A stretch of 63,115 bases of DNA, counting the filler, from Welwitschia mirabilis (taxonomy: Eukaryota), in assembly GCA_051453625.1 (NCBI GenBank). It is 7 parts of one record of this genome, joined end to end, with 100 filler letters (N's around TTAATTAATTAA, not from the genome) between each part and the next. Parts side by side here need not be neighbours in the genome. Positions count along the whole stretch, not along the records: positions 20,092 to 40,890 come from JBOZIK010000001.1; 6 more parts are not named here. The stretch is one strand, 5' to 3'. Every line of letters starts with the position of its first letter. Positions within the stretch are counted from its first letter, which is position 1. Both the position numbers and the translations under genes were made by a program. The notes beneath the pieces were generated by a model. That model had not been told where the DNA came from and did no database searches. It saw only the letters and a program-made list of their open reading frames with translations. Positions 21,210 through 34,564 of the stretch are shown one piece after another.

Positions 21210-24200
21210 CAGATCACTTCCATGATAGTTAAATTTATTATGAGAACTAGGGGTTTCATCAGACTTGACAGAATAGCATTCAGTTTTATCAAAATCTTTC
21301 CTAAAGTTTTGGTTTGCATAAAACGTTTAATCAAATGATTTGACATATAATCTATAAGAAATATCAATATGTTTTGCATAAAAAATAGCAACATTGGTTT
21401 TCTCATTCTTAATAATGCATTTCAATTTATCAAAGATTATTTTATGCCCTTTATCATAAAGTTGACTAACACTTAATAAATTATGTTGCAAACCATTAGC
21501 ATAAAGTACATTATGAAGGTTGAATAACATACCTCCTTTAATGCTTCTTTTACCTTGTATTTTTGCTGTTTGGTTGTTTCCAAAAATGACAGCTCCTCCG
21601 TTTATGCTCTTTAGGTTCTGAAACCTTAATTTATCTCCTATCATATGCATTAAACAACTACTATCTAGATACCAACTATTTAAATGAGATTCTCTACAAT
21701 CTATTTGTGTTACAAATCTTTGAAGATTATTAGCTTTAACCACTTATTCTTATTTGACTTAGGTGATGTATTCTTCTTAGGAATAAATTTAAATGGTAAT
21801 GAGTTCACATGTTTATAAAAAGCATCATCTATCTAACTTTGGAAAAATGTTTAGAGTGACCAAATCTACCACAAAAATTATACAGGATATTAGGCAGATA
21901 CTTACTTATTATATTTACATGTTTTCATAATATTTGTGCTTCAAAACCAATACCTGATTTATCTCCATTTTTCTTTCATATTCCAAGAATCTATTTCAAT
22001 TTAGATAAACTACTAGAAAATGTATTTATAAAGAATTAAAGATCATTTACCTGGAAAATTAACCTTATATTTTCGGCATTGAGTACTTTGCACTTCTCTT
22101 CTACTTCCTCATTTTCTATTATAATGGTCTTCACAATTTTGTTTAACTCATTGATTCTTTTGGTGAGCTTATTATATTCTTAATATAACTCTTTACAAAT
22201 TTCTTCTAACTCATCTTCCTTTTCATCTATCATATCTAAGTCATCTAATGTTGAAGTACTAGGCACATTTTTGAAAGATGATGCTAGGGCCATGAAAGAT
22301 AATCTTCTTTCTTTATCTGATCCATGATTTGAGTAGTTTTCTTTATCTTTATAATTTTGATTATCCCAAGTTACCATAAAAGAAGTGTTTTTAGGCTTTT
22401 TGCTTTTTTTTCTAGTGTTAAGACATTTGTTGACCGTATGTCCAAATCCTTTACATGAGTAGCATTAGATTTTTCTTTCCCTTATCTTGTTCTGTTCTTT
22501 GTTTTAGATCGCTCCTTCTTAGATTTTTGCTTTATTCTCCTTCCTTTTTCCTGTAGGAAAATCTTTTGAANNNNNNNNNNNNNNNNNNNNNNNNNNNNNN
22601 NNNNNNNNNNNNNNNNNNNNNNNNNNNNNNNNNNNNNNNNNNNNNNNNNNNNNNNNNNNNNNNNNNNNNNCAAATCTACCACAAAAATTACACAAAAGAT
22701 TAGGCACATACTTACTTATTTTGTTTACCTGTTTTCATGATATTTTTGCTCTAAAACCAATACCTGATTTGTTTTCATTTGGCTTTTGTATTCCAAGCAT
22801 CTGTTCCAATTTATATGAACTACTAGAAAATTTATTAACAAAACATGAAAGATCATTTACCAAAGTAGTTAACTTGATGTTATTGGATTTGAGCACCTTG
22901 CACTTATCTTTCACTTCCCTTTTCTTTTGTAATGATATTCACCATTTTATTCAACTCATTGATTCTTTTGGTAAGCTTCTCACACTCTTCATAAAGTTCT
23001 TAACATGTGTCTTCTAGCTTATCTTCTTCTTTATTAATCATATCTAAATCATCCAGCATTAAAGTACTGGGCACATTTTTGAGTGATGGTACTACAGCCA
23101 TGAAAGATGATCTCCTATCTTTGTCTGATCCATGATCGGAGTAGTTATTCTTATCTTCATCATCATCATTATTCCAAGTTATTATGAATGAAGAATTTTT
23201 AGACTTCTTGTTTTCTCTCCTTGTGTTAGGACAATCATTAATCATATATCCAAATCCTTTGCATGAATAGCACTAGATTTTCTTTTTCTTTTCTTGTTCC
23301 TTTCTTTGTTTTGGGTTTATTCTCTTTGAATTCCTACTTGATTCTCCTTTTTTTTTCTTGTAAAGAAACTTTTTGAATCGCCTGGCTAGAATAGACACTT
23401 CATTGTCATCNNNNNNNNNNATCTGTAGTTCTCCTGCACATATTTTAAAGTAATACCTTTTCTTCTATCTTTAGTAAATTTAAGCTCATATGTTTGAAGA
23501 TTACCTTGAAGTTCTTCCAATGCCGTAACATTGATGTTTTTTCTTTCTTCTCTAGCTATTACATTTGATTCGAATCCCTTGGGTGAGGATCTCAAAACTT
23601 TCCTTACCACTTTTCTTTCCTCCATGCATTCTCCGAGGCTTCCCATTGAGTGTACTATATCTATAACTCTAGCACAAAAAGTCTTACAAGGTTTCTTCAT
23701 CATCCNNNNNNNNNNNNNNNNNNNNNNNNNNNNNNNNNNNNNNNNNNNNNNNNNNNNNNNNNNNNNNNNNNNNNNNNNNNNNNNNNNNNNNNNNNNNNNN
23801 NNNNNTCTTCCAATGCTGTAACATTGATGTTTTTTCTTTCTTCTCTAGCTATTATATTTGATTCGAATCTCTTGGGTGGGGATCTCGAAACTTTTCTTAC
23901 TACTTTTCTTTCCTCCATGCATTCTCCGAGGCTTCCCATTGAGTTTACTATAGCTGTTACTCTAGCAAAAAAATTCTTACAAGGTTTCTTCATCATCTAT
24001 ATGAATATCTTCAAATTTAGAAATAAACATTTAAAGTTTTCCTTGTTTAACAGTGGATGTTCCTTCATGTGCCACTTCTAGAATATCCCAAGATTCCTTA
24101 GCATGGTTATAGTTCATAATTCTTTTAAATTCATTTGCACATACTACACAAAAAATAGCATTAAGAGCATGAATATCAATAGTGACTTTTACTTTATCTA

Positions 24201-24580
24201 TGGGTGTCCATTGGTCTTGGGATTTGGAAACTAAGATGGTGTAATCAGTTCCAACTATTTGTATTATCATAAGCATGGTATAACCTTTGTACATGANNNN
24301 NNNNNNNNNNNNNNNNNNNNNNNNNNNNNNNNNNNNNNNNNNNNNNNNNNNNNNNNNNNNNNNNNNNNNNNNNNNNNNNNNNNNNNNNNNNNNNNNTGGT
24401 GTAATCAGTTCCAACTATTTGTATTATCATAAGCATGGTATAACCTTTGTAAATGACTTCCTATGTATCAGCATCTAGGGACTTAAGAAAGATTCTCATT
24501 CTAGCTTTCCAATAGGCATAGTTTAAACCATCAAACATAGGTAGATGACCAGTTGAAAATCCATCAAACAGGTTACTCAT
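21210..24580 (-). pseudogene. Sirevirus (SIRE/Maximus copia) gag-protease, degenerate, with gap-associated duplications
   Basis: MSNLFDGFSTGHLPMFDGLNYAYWKARMRIFLKSLD, AHEGTSTVK, KVVRKVLRS.PK.F, ELQGNLQTYE, zinc knuckle CYSCKGFGY....CP and protease SWYLDSSCLMHMIGDK...GLQHNLLSVSQL. Confidence 0.92.
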
Positions 24581-24629
24581 TTTTAGCATTCTACAATCTA
24601 GATCTGTTAAAATCTATTCAAGGCTAACC

Positions 24630-24646
24630 AAATCTATGATACCTAA
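24630..24646 (-). promoter_or_regulatory. Degenerate tRNA-iMet primer binding site
   Basis: Minus strand reads TTAGGTATCATAGAT (cf. TGGTATCAGAGC) between the LTR end and the gag start. Confidence 0.6.
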
Positions 24647-26228
24647 TGATAGGATCAAGAACCCTAGAGGAGGGATGAATAGATTCTTTTAAAAATTAAG
24701 CATAAATCTGAAATAGTTAAATCTATCTAAAACATAGCTTGCATACGAAAATAACCAAATTAAGAATGTGCATACAATAATTAAAAAAAACTGAGTAAAG
24801 AATCAAATAAAATAAAATGCACAAACTAGCAATTTCAATGCACATTGGATTTATGGTGGTTCGGGAACTCTCCTACTCCACTCTTGATAATCAGCTTCTC
24901 TTAAGCTTTATCTTGAATCTCTGTTACTCCATAGGTTTTCTAGGTTTACTTGTAATCCTTACAAGTAGACTTTTACAGTCTAAGTCTTAAACTTGACAAT
25001 GGACTTTTGCAGGCTATGTCTCAACCTTTCCAACAAATTTTTACAGGCTAACTCTCAACCTTCATAATGGACTTTTACAAGCTAAGTCTCAACCTTTGCG
25101 AGCAATGGATGTGATGTAGTGATGCCTTAATCACTTAGATATCACACATGTTGTAGCAGTATAATGAATAGAGCTCTTCTCTAATAGATCATAATGATGA
25201 AGATCTTAGATCTAATTTTGAATGAAGCTCTTGTGCCAATGATAGATCTTCTCACTTAGATGTGAAGTAATAAAATGATACACCAATGAAATTACACCTT
25301 GATCTTTTAGATTCACAATGATTATGCTGAATAAGAATAGTGCCAAAAGATCTCTAGGTTAGTAATAGCATAGCTATTTATAACGGAGGGCTAATAAGAT
25401 TTATTACAAATAAATTGCACCTTCAATGGATATAAATAGCTAGAAAATGGCTAGTTAATAAATAGAAAATGAATACATAACATTTAGAAATATTTATTTT
25501 CAGCATTGTCTAGTCAACCTCATAAAAATCTGATCGACCCCATGTGATGCTGTGAATTACTCAAGTCACATGAGAGAGAAATTCGGTTGCCTAGGTTTTT
25601 ATGTTTCTAAGTCCGATCGACCCCATTTGGGTCCAGTCAATCCCAGTTCAGTCGACTCCATCCTGGGTCCAGTCGACCCCTTGCCTCTCATTCTGAGTCT
25701 ATTACCTATCAGTTTCTCAAATCTGGTTGACCCATGAAAATCTAGTCGATCCCTTTTCATTCGGTTCAAGGATACTGACTTTCAGGTTACAGGTCCAGTC
25801 GACCCCATTAAAATCCGATCGACCCCTCTGGGTTTAGTCCATTTTACTTGCGATAGCTTCAGGTGTGTTAACTTCTTTAGAATCCAGTTAATTCCAACTA
25901 GAGGATAAATTATCTTAGCATGTTTTTAATGCATNNNNNNNNNNNNNNNNNNNNNNNNNNNNNNNNNNNNNNNNNNNNNNNNNNNNNNNNNNNNNNNNNN
26001 NNNNNNNNNNNNNNNNNNNNNNNNNNNNNNNNNNCTTCAGGTGTGGTTAACTCCTTTAGAATCCAGTTGATTCCAACTAGAGGGTAAATTATCTTAGCAT
26101 GTTTTTGATGCATATTTTCGTTTAATTCTTCCAACCTATAAAACTCAATCGCATCTACACAAAAGATATAACATTTACACTATACAAGAGATATTCGTTT
26201 GATATCAATTAGTAAATATAGTCTAACA
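24647..26228 (-). repeat. 5' LTR of the Sirevirus element (family B), with GTCGAC-based repeat motifs
   Basis: TGATAGGATC..CCCTAGAGGAGGGATGAATAG at one end and CTAACA at the other. Minus-strand TATAAATAG near 25373-25382. Clustered GTCGACCCC/GATCGACCCC motifs at 25510-25830. Confidence 0.88.
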
Positions 26229-29200
26229 CATACCTTTTTAGATAATCCTTGATAAAGGAGAGATCAGAAAGGATTAGTACTAGATTATTATCTTTAGGCT
26301 GCCATACCCACTACTCTAGCTCATGAATTTAACCTATAAACCATTATAAAATGCATTATACCTATTGGAATCATTAGTTAGGATAGAACTTAACTAAAGN
26401 NNNNNNNTTCTTAAATACTTTATATACAAGTGGTAAACCATAGGGCCCTAGTCATGTGGAATTTCTCCATGACAGAATCAATTTCTTCCATTCTCTTAGA
26501 GGATGTCATCTAAGATAGTAAAAACCTCTAAAGCTATGCTATAGAAAGAAAGGTCAAGAGTGTAAACACTTTGAATAAAAATCTAAGGAGAAGCATCACC
26601 TACACTAGTAATCTTCACAGGGGGGAGGAGTAGTAGGACGAATGAGTGAGTTTTTAAAATTAAAAGCCATTTCTATATTGAGTGTCAAGAAAATTTGATT
26701 TAGTTTGGGAAATGTGGTTTTAACAAAATGTTCAAAGTATTATAGTATACCTATACCTAGAAAAGTAATAGTAAAAAAAATATTCATAATTTTATATTTG
26801 AGTAAGTCTTGGGTGCACCTGATTTGCCAATTTTTAAACTCTCAAAGAATATTTATTTGATTTAAAAAATCCTAGACCAAACATTTCTTTTTTCAACTAA
26901 ACTATAAATTCCATGCAAATTGCAACTAGTTAGATTTGCAAATTTGAAGGGCTCCCTCTAAGAAACCTTTATTACTTGAAGACCTCCTTTAAATTCACAT
27001 GTAAGAGAAAGATTTAGTGATTTGTTAAAAGGTATATGTCCTTTATTGAAGATCCTTTTAATAGACTGTTAACCCCATTTGATGATGTCTTCAAAAATCC
27101 CTCGAGTCTTAGCATCTTTTATTTTTTATTATTTATGCTTGGTGTAAGCTCAAAGATCTCCTTTAAGTAAACTTCATTTCTTAAGAGCTCTGCCTCAAAA
27201 GTAGCAAGAATCAATTTAATGATGAGTCAGCTTTGCCTTCCACCTAATTTATCGCCACTTCTAAAACCCATTTGAAACCTTAAATCCTTCTTTTATATGT
27301 CAATAAAATTGATTTGATGTGTTATAGACTTATAATCAAAGATCCCCTTCAGAGAAAGATATGCCCCCTTCAATTTTAGCTTCCATGAGTAAGAGTTAAA
27401 GGGTAAATTAATGGTTATATCAGATTCTTCAAAAGAACTTCATCGATAACTCCTTAAAAGACCCTTTTGAGCAAACCTTCATTATAAGAAAACCATCTTC
27501 GAGCTTAATCTTTGTTAGAAAACCCTTTTGAAGAAGTAATTCAAACTCTAAGAAGCAACATTCACTACTAAAAGATCCCCTTCAAAGAAGTAATTGCTAC
27601 TTGAATCTAGAACACATATCTTAAGAAGTTGATCAAAATACTAAATGAAATGGATAACTACCATGAATGGTATTTTTTAGGAAGCAGATTAATAAATAGT
27701 TGAATAGAATAAATATGGAGAAAACAGATTTTACTAGTAGGAGAAAAGCATCCTAAAATAAAAGGGTAATAGTAGTGGTAGAAAATAGGTTACATTCTTA
27801 GAAGGAATCTTCATGTGGAGGATTTCTTATTTAGAACTTCATGGGATCTATGCAAAGAAACCCATAGTATATATAATGTATGAAATATAAGGTAGAGAAA
27901 CTATAATCACATTTATGTAATTAATATATTCAAGGTATTGATTTTAAAACATTAAAATTAAAATAAAAATCTATAGCTTCTACTCTGCTAAAGGGCTTCA
28001 TCAGTTTAAAGGACCCCTTTGAGCTAGTAATGATGACTACTCAAAGGACTCCTTCATTGCTTGAAGACTCCTATTTGAGGTGAGGTATAATTATAACTTA
28101 AAGAACTCCTTTAAATAGTCGAAGACCCTCTTCAATCCTTAACAAGAGGAGGAGACAAAAACACATTAGCAAATTTTTTTAATACCCCCCTTTGATGACT
28201 TCAACCACCCCTTCATCAAAGAATGTGGGAAGTAAAACTTTAACATGTGGTCAAAAGCTCTAAAATTCCATAAATATAACTTTACAATAGGTAAATTATT
28301 TGTTCTAAGTTTGTTTTTAGTACTTGGTTTTCTTTGTCGTCTTTCCATTACATGTGAAAATGTCATAGACACTTCATCTAGTGTCTCTTTCAAAGGTAAA
28401 ATGTTATTTTACATTAAAGCATTTATACTAAGAATGTTTCTTCATATAGTTAAAAGTTTTAGTTCTTGAAAATGCATCATGCTTTTCTTCCAAAAGATAC
28501 TAGATGGGAACTTGGAGTTTAATGTTACTTATTATATGAGCACTTCATACAAGAAATAAATTAAACTTTAAAGATAAACTATAAAATGTTTTCTATAAAA
28601 GTTAAAATTATTTCAAGTTTAAATTTTGAAAAGCTTCTTAAAGATCTTAGTTTTACTAGACTCAGATAAGGGATAATAGACCTTAACTGATGGAACTAGT
28701 TAATCTTTTTGGAAAAACACAGTAATAAAGGAGTTTATTCTTTTTATTAAAGCTTGATATTTTTGGAAGAACCCCCAATGCCATACTCATCAGTTAATAG
28801 TATGCCACTTCAAGTATCACTAGATTAAATAAAGAGGATTCTTAGGATACCATCTAGTGGTAGGATACTATCAAAATCATGTAAAAATCAGAATACTACT
28901 TTATATCTAAAACGCTTTCAAAGTATCACTAATAAGAATGAGTGAGTTGACATTGATAAAGCAAGGGATCCTAATGAATTTGTCATTTCTAGAATGGTAT
29001 TCTCTAACTTAACCTTAATCATCAATAAATAGAAGAGCATGAATATACTAGGAGTATATTTAACAGATGCCACCAGAGACTCCCTGAGCAGAAATATTGA
29101 TGTTGGATTTAGCATTTTTTTAGTATTATGTAAATGGGTGTTGCAAATTAAAAACATCACCAAAATAACAAAGGTGAAACTGGGATTTTCCTTATTAATT

Positions 29201-32200
29201 TGAGGAATTCTTTTAAACTAAAATGTTTCATAATTCTTTTCAAGAAAAAAGGGTAGTATGAAACTCGTAGTTGCATCCTTATTTCGTGTTTTAGTTCTAA
29301 TACCTTTGAGTGTTTTAGGCATAAAAGAGGCACTTTCAATAAGTCAACCAGTGACACAAATTTAGGCATAGCTTCTAAGACCTTCTAAAGAACAAGTAGA
29401 TACATTTACTCTATAGTAATTGGGGCTATAAAAGAAAATAAAATCTTTTAGCAAGTCACTAAAGGTGGATTCTTTATGCGATGCTATAAATTCATTAACT
29501 GTCTTCTTATCAAAAAAGAGTTAATTACAGGTAGAAAATCTTAGGTTAAAAGAAAAAGTTAATTTTTAAAAATAGAGAATGAATTTTGCAAGAGAAAATT
29601 TCCTTTTGACAAGGATAATGTAATAAAGCAAAGGAGAAAAAGTAGCATTTAGAGAAGAGATTAATCTCTTATTTGAATTTCAAAAATTAGAGAGATGCTC
29701 TTTTCATAATGCTCAAGATTAAATTAAGGAATTGGAGTAAGACCTTAGGGACGTAAAAAAAAAGTGTAGCTTCCTCCATCTAATGAAAAATATTTTTTAT
29801 TATAACTTTTGAAAAGCATGACTCATAGTAAACATTATGATGCCAAGCACATCATGATGCAATAGGAATTCATTACTTTTATACATAACAACTCATCCAT
29901 CCCTCTAAAGAAAACATATTTAGATGAAATCTATATGGATATAAGGGGGTACATGAAAAGTACATGAAAATTCAAGAAGAAATAATAAATACAAGCAAAG
30001 ATGGACAAAAGCCTTAGAGTAGGTGTAAATTAAGCATGAGAAGATTAAAATGTAGGAGAGAAACATTGCTTTTCTTTAAGAAAAGCTAGAATTAACTCCT
30101 CCTTCTTCTAAACTCACCAATCATTCTTCATTAAAGATAAGTCTAATAAAGGCTTTAAATCATGAATTATCCCCAATCTCGGAGAGATTTGAGCAACCTA
30201 CTTTACAATGAACCCATTTAGTGGATACAATAATTTTGTCACATCAAATTTCTGATGTCATCAGAGAAATGCTGGTTTATCCTAGCCAGTCGGATCTAAT
30301 TAAGAGGCTTAATGAAGAAAACAGTAGACTACTTTATGAAAATAAACTTTTAGAAATCCGATTAAGAAAGAGAATAGATTTAGGGATGAGGAAATGAGAG
30401 TACCATGGAGCATGCATCTCCACCTCCAAACTATATTATTATTTAGATGGTTATGAAAGAGCTGTAAATGAAATCATAGAGGAAATAGAAAAAGAATGGG
30501 AGCAGATCACACAAGTATCTAATTAAGACCTAGAGAACGTAAATGCTACCAAAAATGAAGTAGTTAAAGGAAAGAATCAGAAAGTACTAAATAAACTCTT
30601 TTAAGTCTATGAAGATTTCAAAAGGAATATTTGTTTCTTTGTAGTTACTAAGTAGGATTTAAACTCTTAAAAAAACCAAAGAAATTAGGTTTTAGAGTGT
30701 ATGAGAATGCTTAAAGAAACCTTTATAGACATCTTCTCTAAAATAAAAGGAGGANNNNNNNNNNNNNNNNNNNNNNNNNNNNNNNNNNNNNNNNNNNNNN
30801 NNNNNNNNNNNNNNNNNNNNNNNNNNNNNNNNNNNNNNNNNNNNNNNNNNNNNNAGCTAGAATTAACTCCTCCTTCTTCTAAACTCACCAATCATTCTTC
30901 ATTAGAGATAAGTCTAATAAAGGATTTAAAACATGAATTATCCCCAATCTCAGAGAGATTTGAGCAACCTGCTTTACAATGAATCCATTTAGTGGATACA
31001 ATAATTTTGGTACATCAAATTTCAGATGTCACCAGAGAAATGCTGGTTTACCCCAGCCAGTCGGATCTAATTAAGAGGCTTAATGAAGAAAACAGTAGAC
31101 TACTTTATGAAAATAAACTCTTAGAAATCTGATTAAGAAAGAGAATAGGATTTAGGGATGAGGAACTGAGAGTACCATAGAGCATGCATCTCCATCTCCA
31201 AACTATATGATTATTTAGATGGTTATGAAAGAGCTATAAATGAAATCATATAGGAAATAGAAAAAGAATGGGAGAAGATCACACAAGTATCTAATTAAGC
31301 ACTAGAGAAGGTAAATGCTATAAAAAATGAAGTAGTTAAAGGAAAGAATCAAAAAGTACTAAATAAACTCTTTTAAGTTTATGAAGGTTTCAAAAGGGAT
31401 ATTTGTCTCTTTGTAGTTACTAAGTAGGATTTAAACTCTCTAAAAAACCAAAGAAATTAGGTTTTAAAGTATATGAGAATGCTCAAAGAAACCTTTGTAG
31501 ACATCTTCTCTAAAATAGAAGGAGAAGAAGAAATTAAAAGTATCTTATTTAGAAGTTATTCTAGATTGAGTGAATCAAAAAAATCCCCTCTTACTCAACC
31601 TGTGAGGTCTAAGAAGACTCCAACTATAAAAAAGGGTAAACAATCAAAAGGGAAGCAGCTAAAGGTAGTTTAATTAAATAAAGAAAATATATATTTAAAT
31701 GATTCATCCTTTTTTAAAGAGTAAATTAAGGTAATAAAGCACTTGGAAGAATTGAAAAAGTCATAAAATAAGTAGGAATTAGACATAATTGAAAACAAGA
31801 AGTCAAAGCATCAAAGAAAATAGTGTAAATTGACTAATAAAAATCTAAGTGTAGGGGACTAATGACTCTGAAATGAATGTATATTTGTGTTATGATCTTA
31901 TTCCATTAATGAAGAATATATTATAATGTTAGTAAGTATTGTGACATTATTATAGTATATTATGAGTTGTTATTATAAGCTAACTTTATGATGTAGGTAG
32001 TTAAGTGGAGTTATGATAAAAAAAGAAAAAGTGATTATAAATACTAGATAGGTAGGAAAAAGAATGAATAACAAACTTTCTACCATTACACTTATAAATA
32101 GGTACATTGGAGAAGGTCAGAGAACCATTTTGGGAGTGTTGGAGAAGGTTTAGAAAGTGCATCTCAAGCAAAGACGTCATAGTGGAAGGACTATAAAGTA

Positions 32201-32739
32201 ACTTCCTAAGCTCCAGTGCCTATCGTGAAAACATAGAAGGGAGCTAATTAATTTATTTTCTTGATAAGTAATATAAGCTGTGTTATTGTGAAAAGAATCT
32301 TGTATTGCTAAAGTGTGTAATTTGAAAAGGTTGCATGCTATCTTTTCTTTCTCTTAATACTGATAATAGCTTGAGTTAATATTAAGATAGTATATTAGTT
32401 ATGAGTAATTGATGTAGGTAACATAGCTGCATTTTCTTTATTCTATAAATTATTATCTATAAGTAGAGTTGTATTAGAACACATTTTCACTAAGAATAGT
32501 CAGTATGTATCCTAATCAAAAGTCTTTATTTTGAGTCAAAAGTAGAAAGAAAAGAAATCTCCATATAAAATTTATTAATGATCAAAATATATGTGTAGAT
32601 GTGGTAATATAGTTATATGTTTTTCTAGCATTTTGCTAATATAATAGTTTCTTTTTAAAGCATTTCATTAAACTTAGTTAACTATTTTATAATACTTCTA
32701 GTTAAATTCTAAATTTACAATGGGGATAGAGATCATCTT

Positions 32740-33320
32740 AGCTTAGGATACATAAGTGCTAACAAAATGCAAGGAAAAAGTCAAAAGGGAGATCTAGAAG
32801 AAATAAGAAGTTCATTACTAGTTAGGATGATGATGAAGACATTACTAAGAAGGACATCTTAGATGACAATAACCATAACATTCATCCATCTTTCATGATA
32901 GTCATCCACAATGAATCTAGCATTAATGATAAAGAATTCAATACATGTAAAGATCTTGATATAATAACTAATAAGAAAGATGAGTTAACTCTTTAAGAAA
33001 GTACAATTTAATTTTAGAATATTTATAAAATTATAAAAATTATTTACTAAATAAAAAAGTTACTCAACAACCATAAGTTAGGCTATTAATAGGAAAAGAA
33101 ATTTTATTCTAAGCTAAAAAATAAGAATCTATTCCTTTAGGTTGAGATCAGTAAACTAACATATGAGTTGAAGTAAGTGAAATAGGAGCTATAGGATGCT
33201 AGGTATATAAATAAGATATTAACACAAGTAAAAAGAACATTGAATAACATGTTTAGTAAAGGTAGGGAACCTAATGAAAAAAGTAGATTTAATAAAAATA
33301 AAGCATCTATAATCTAACCA
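32740..33320 (+). pseudogene. Highly decayed Sirevirus gag C-terminal fragment
   Basis: KFITS*DDDED...SFMI...DLDIITNKKDEL parallels SFIITWNNDDDED...SFMA...DLDMINKEEDKL at 23000-23200. Confidence 0.5.
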
Positions 33321-33876
33321 TAAGATAAATCAGAGAACCTCTTCTCAAGATAGAGTATAATCCAATGTATGAACATTTAGCATACACAAATAACATTATC
33401 AACTCTTACTATCTTAAAAGAGGGCATAGTTCCATTCTATAGAGGACTCTAATCCTTCCTCCTTAGGTCTGTTCCTTATCAAACTTAAGTTTTTTGTAAT
33501 TTCTGGTCTCAAGGAGCATTTTCTTCCCTAGTCTATTAGTAGAATAATGTTTTTCTTTTTCTATTATTTTACTCTTCTAGATAGGTAATTCCCCATGACT
33601 ATGTTGTTGGAAGGGTGGTTTCACTCCCATTTTTATTCTGTTTCTTAGTTCTTTCTTCATCAGTTAGCAGAATATCCCATTTTTCTTAATAGTTTAATTG
33701 TCTTATCATTTCTGGATGTTATCATTCCCTGATGTATAGTTTCTAGCCTAATATATATACTTTTCCAAAAAGATAAAAAAATAAAAAAGGAGGATATTAT
33801 AGAAAATTTTGTATGTTACTCTTTAGAAAATAAAATTACACTTAGTATAACCAAAAGTCAAAGAGATGGGTTAGAA

Positions 33877-33927
33877 TGATAGGATCGAGAACCCTAAAGG
33901 GGGGCTGAATAGGTTCTTTCAAAAACT
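33877..33927 (-). repeat. Terminus of another family B Sirevirus LTR, truncated by a gap
   Basis: TGATAGGATCGAGAACCCTAAAGG...GAATAGGTTCTTTCAAAAACT matches the termini at 24647 and 34565. Confidence 0.8.
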
Positions 33928-34564
33928 NNNNNNNNNNNNNNNNNNNNNNNNNNNNNNNNNNNNNNNNNNNNNNNNNNNNNNNNNNNNNNNNNNNNNNNNN
34001 NNNNNNNNNNNNNNNNNNNNNNNNNNNTCACAATGTTCTATTGTCATGTCTTCACCCATTACTAATTGAAAATTTATTACCCATCAGTATCCTAATTTTT
34101 ATAGAGTTGCTTATACTAAATACTCTTTTCATTTTTCTACCAATTTTAAATAGCTTTAGCAGGTAGAGAGATCTTATAAGCATATGAAGCAATAGCCTAG
34201 AATTCAGCCTGAGTATCATGATTCCTATTGAGCTAGGATTGTTAAGCACTTAAATAGGATTAAGCATAAGATGTAGAAACAATATTAGTTTATTTACATC
34301 TTGACATTTATATTTTATTTTATGACTTAATTCTTCTATCATAGGTATGGATGAAGGCTACATTAAGAAGTAGCTTAGTAAGGTATTTAACATTTAATCA
34401 TCATTGTTGAGCATGATTACTAAAATGAAGATGGTAGTAAATCTTCTTCTTCTCAACTTTATCCTACTTCTTAGGCATTTGATATTTTTTCTAAATTAAA
34501 ATATTTCTTATGCTTTACCCTAATCTTTATCATAGTGTTATATGTACTTGGTGTTTAATCATTT

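Noticed and set aside
28900-29450. Possible copia integrase relic (GVAN*KHH, cf. GVAERKHR)
   Set aside because: A single weak motif is insufficient support.
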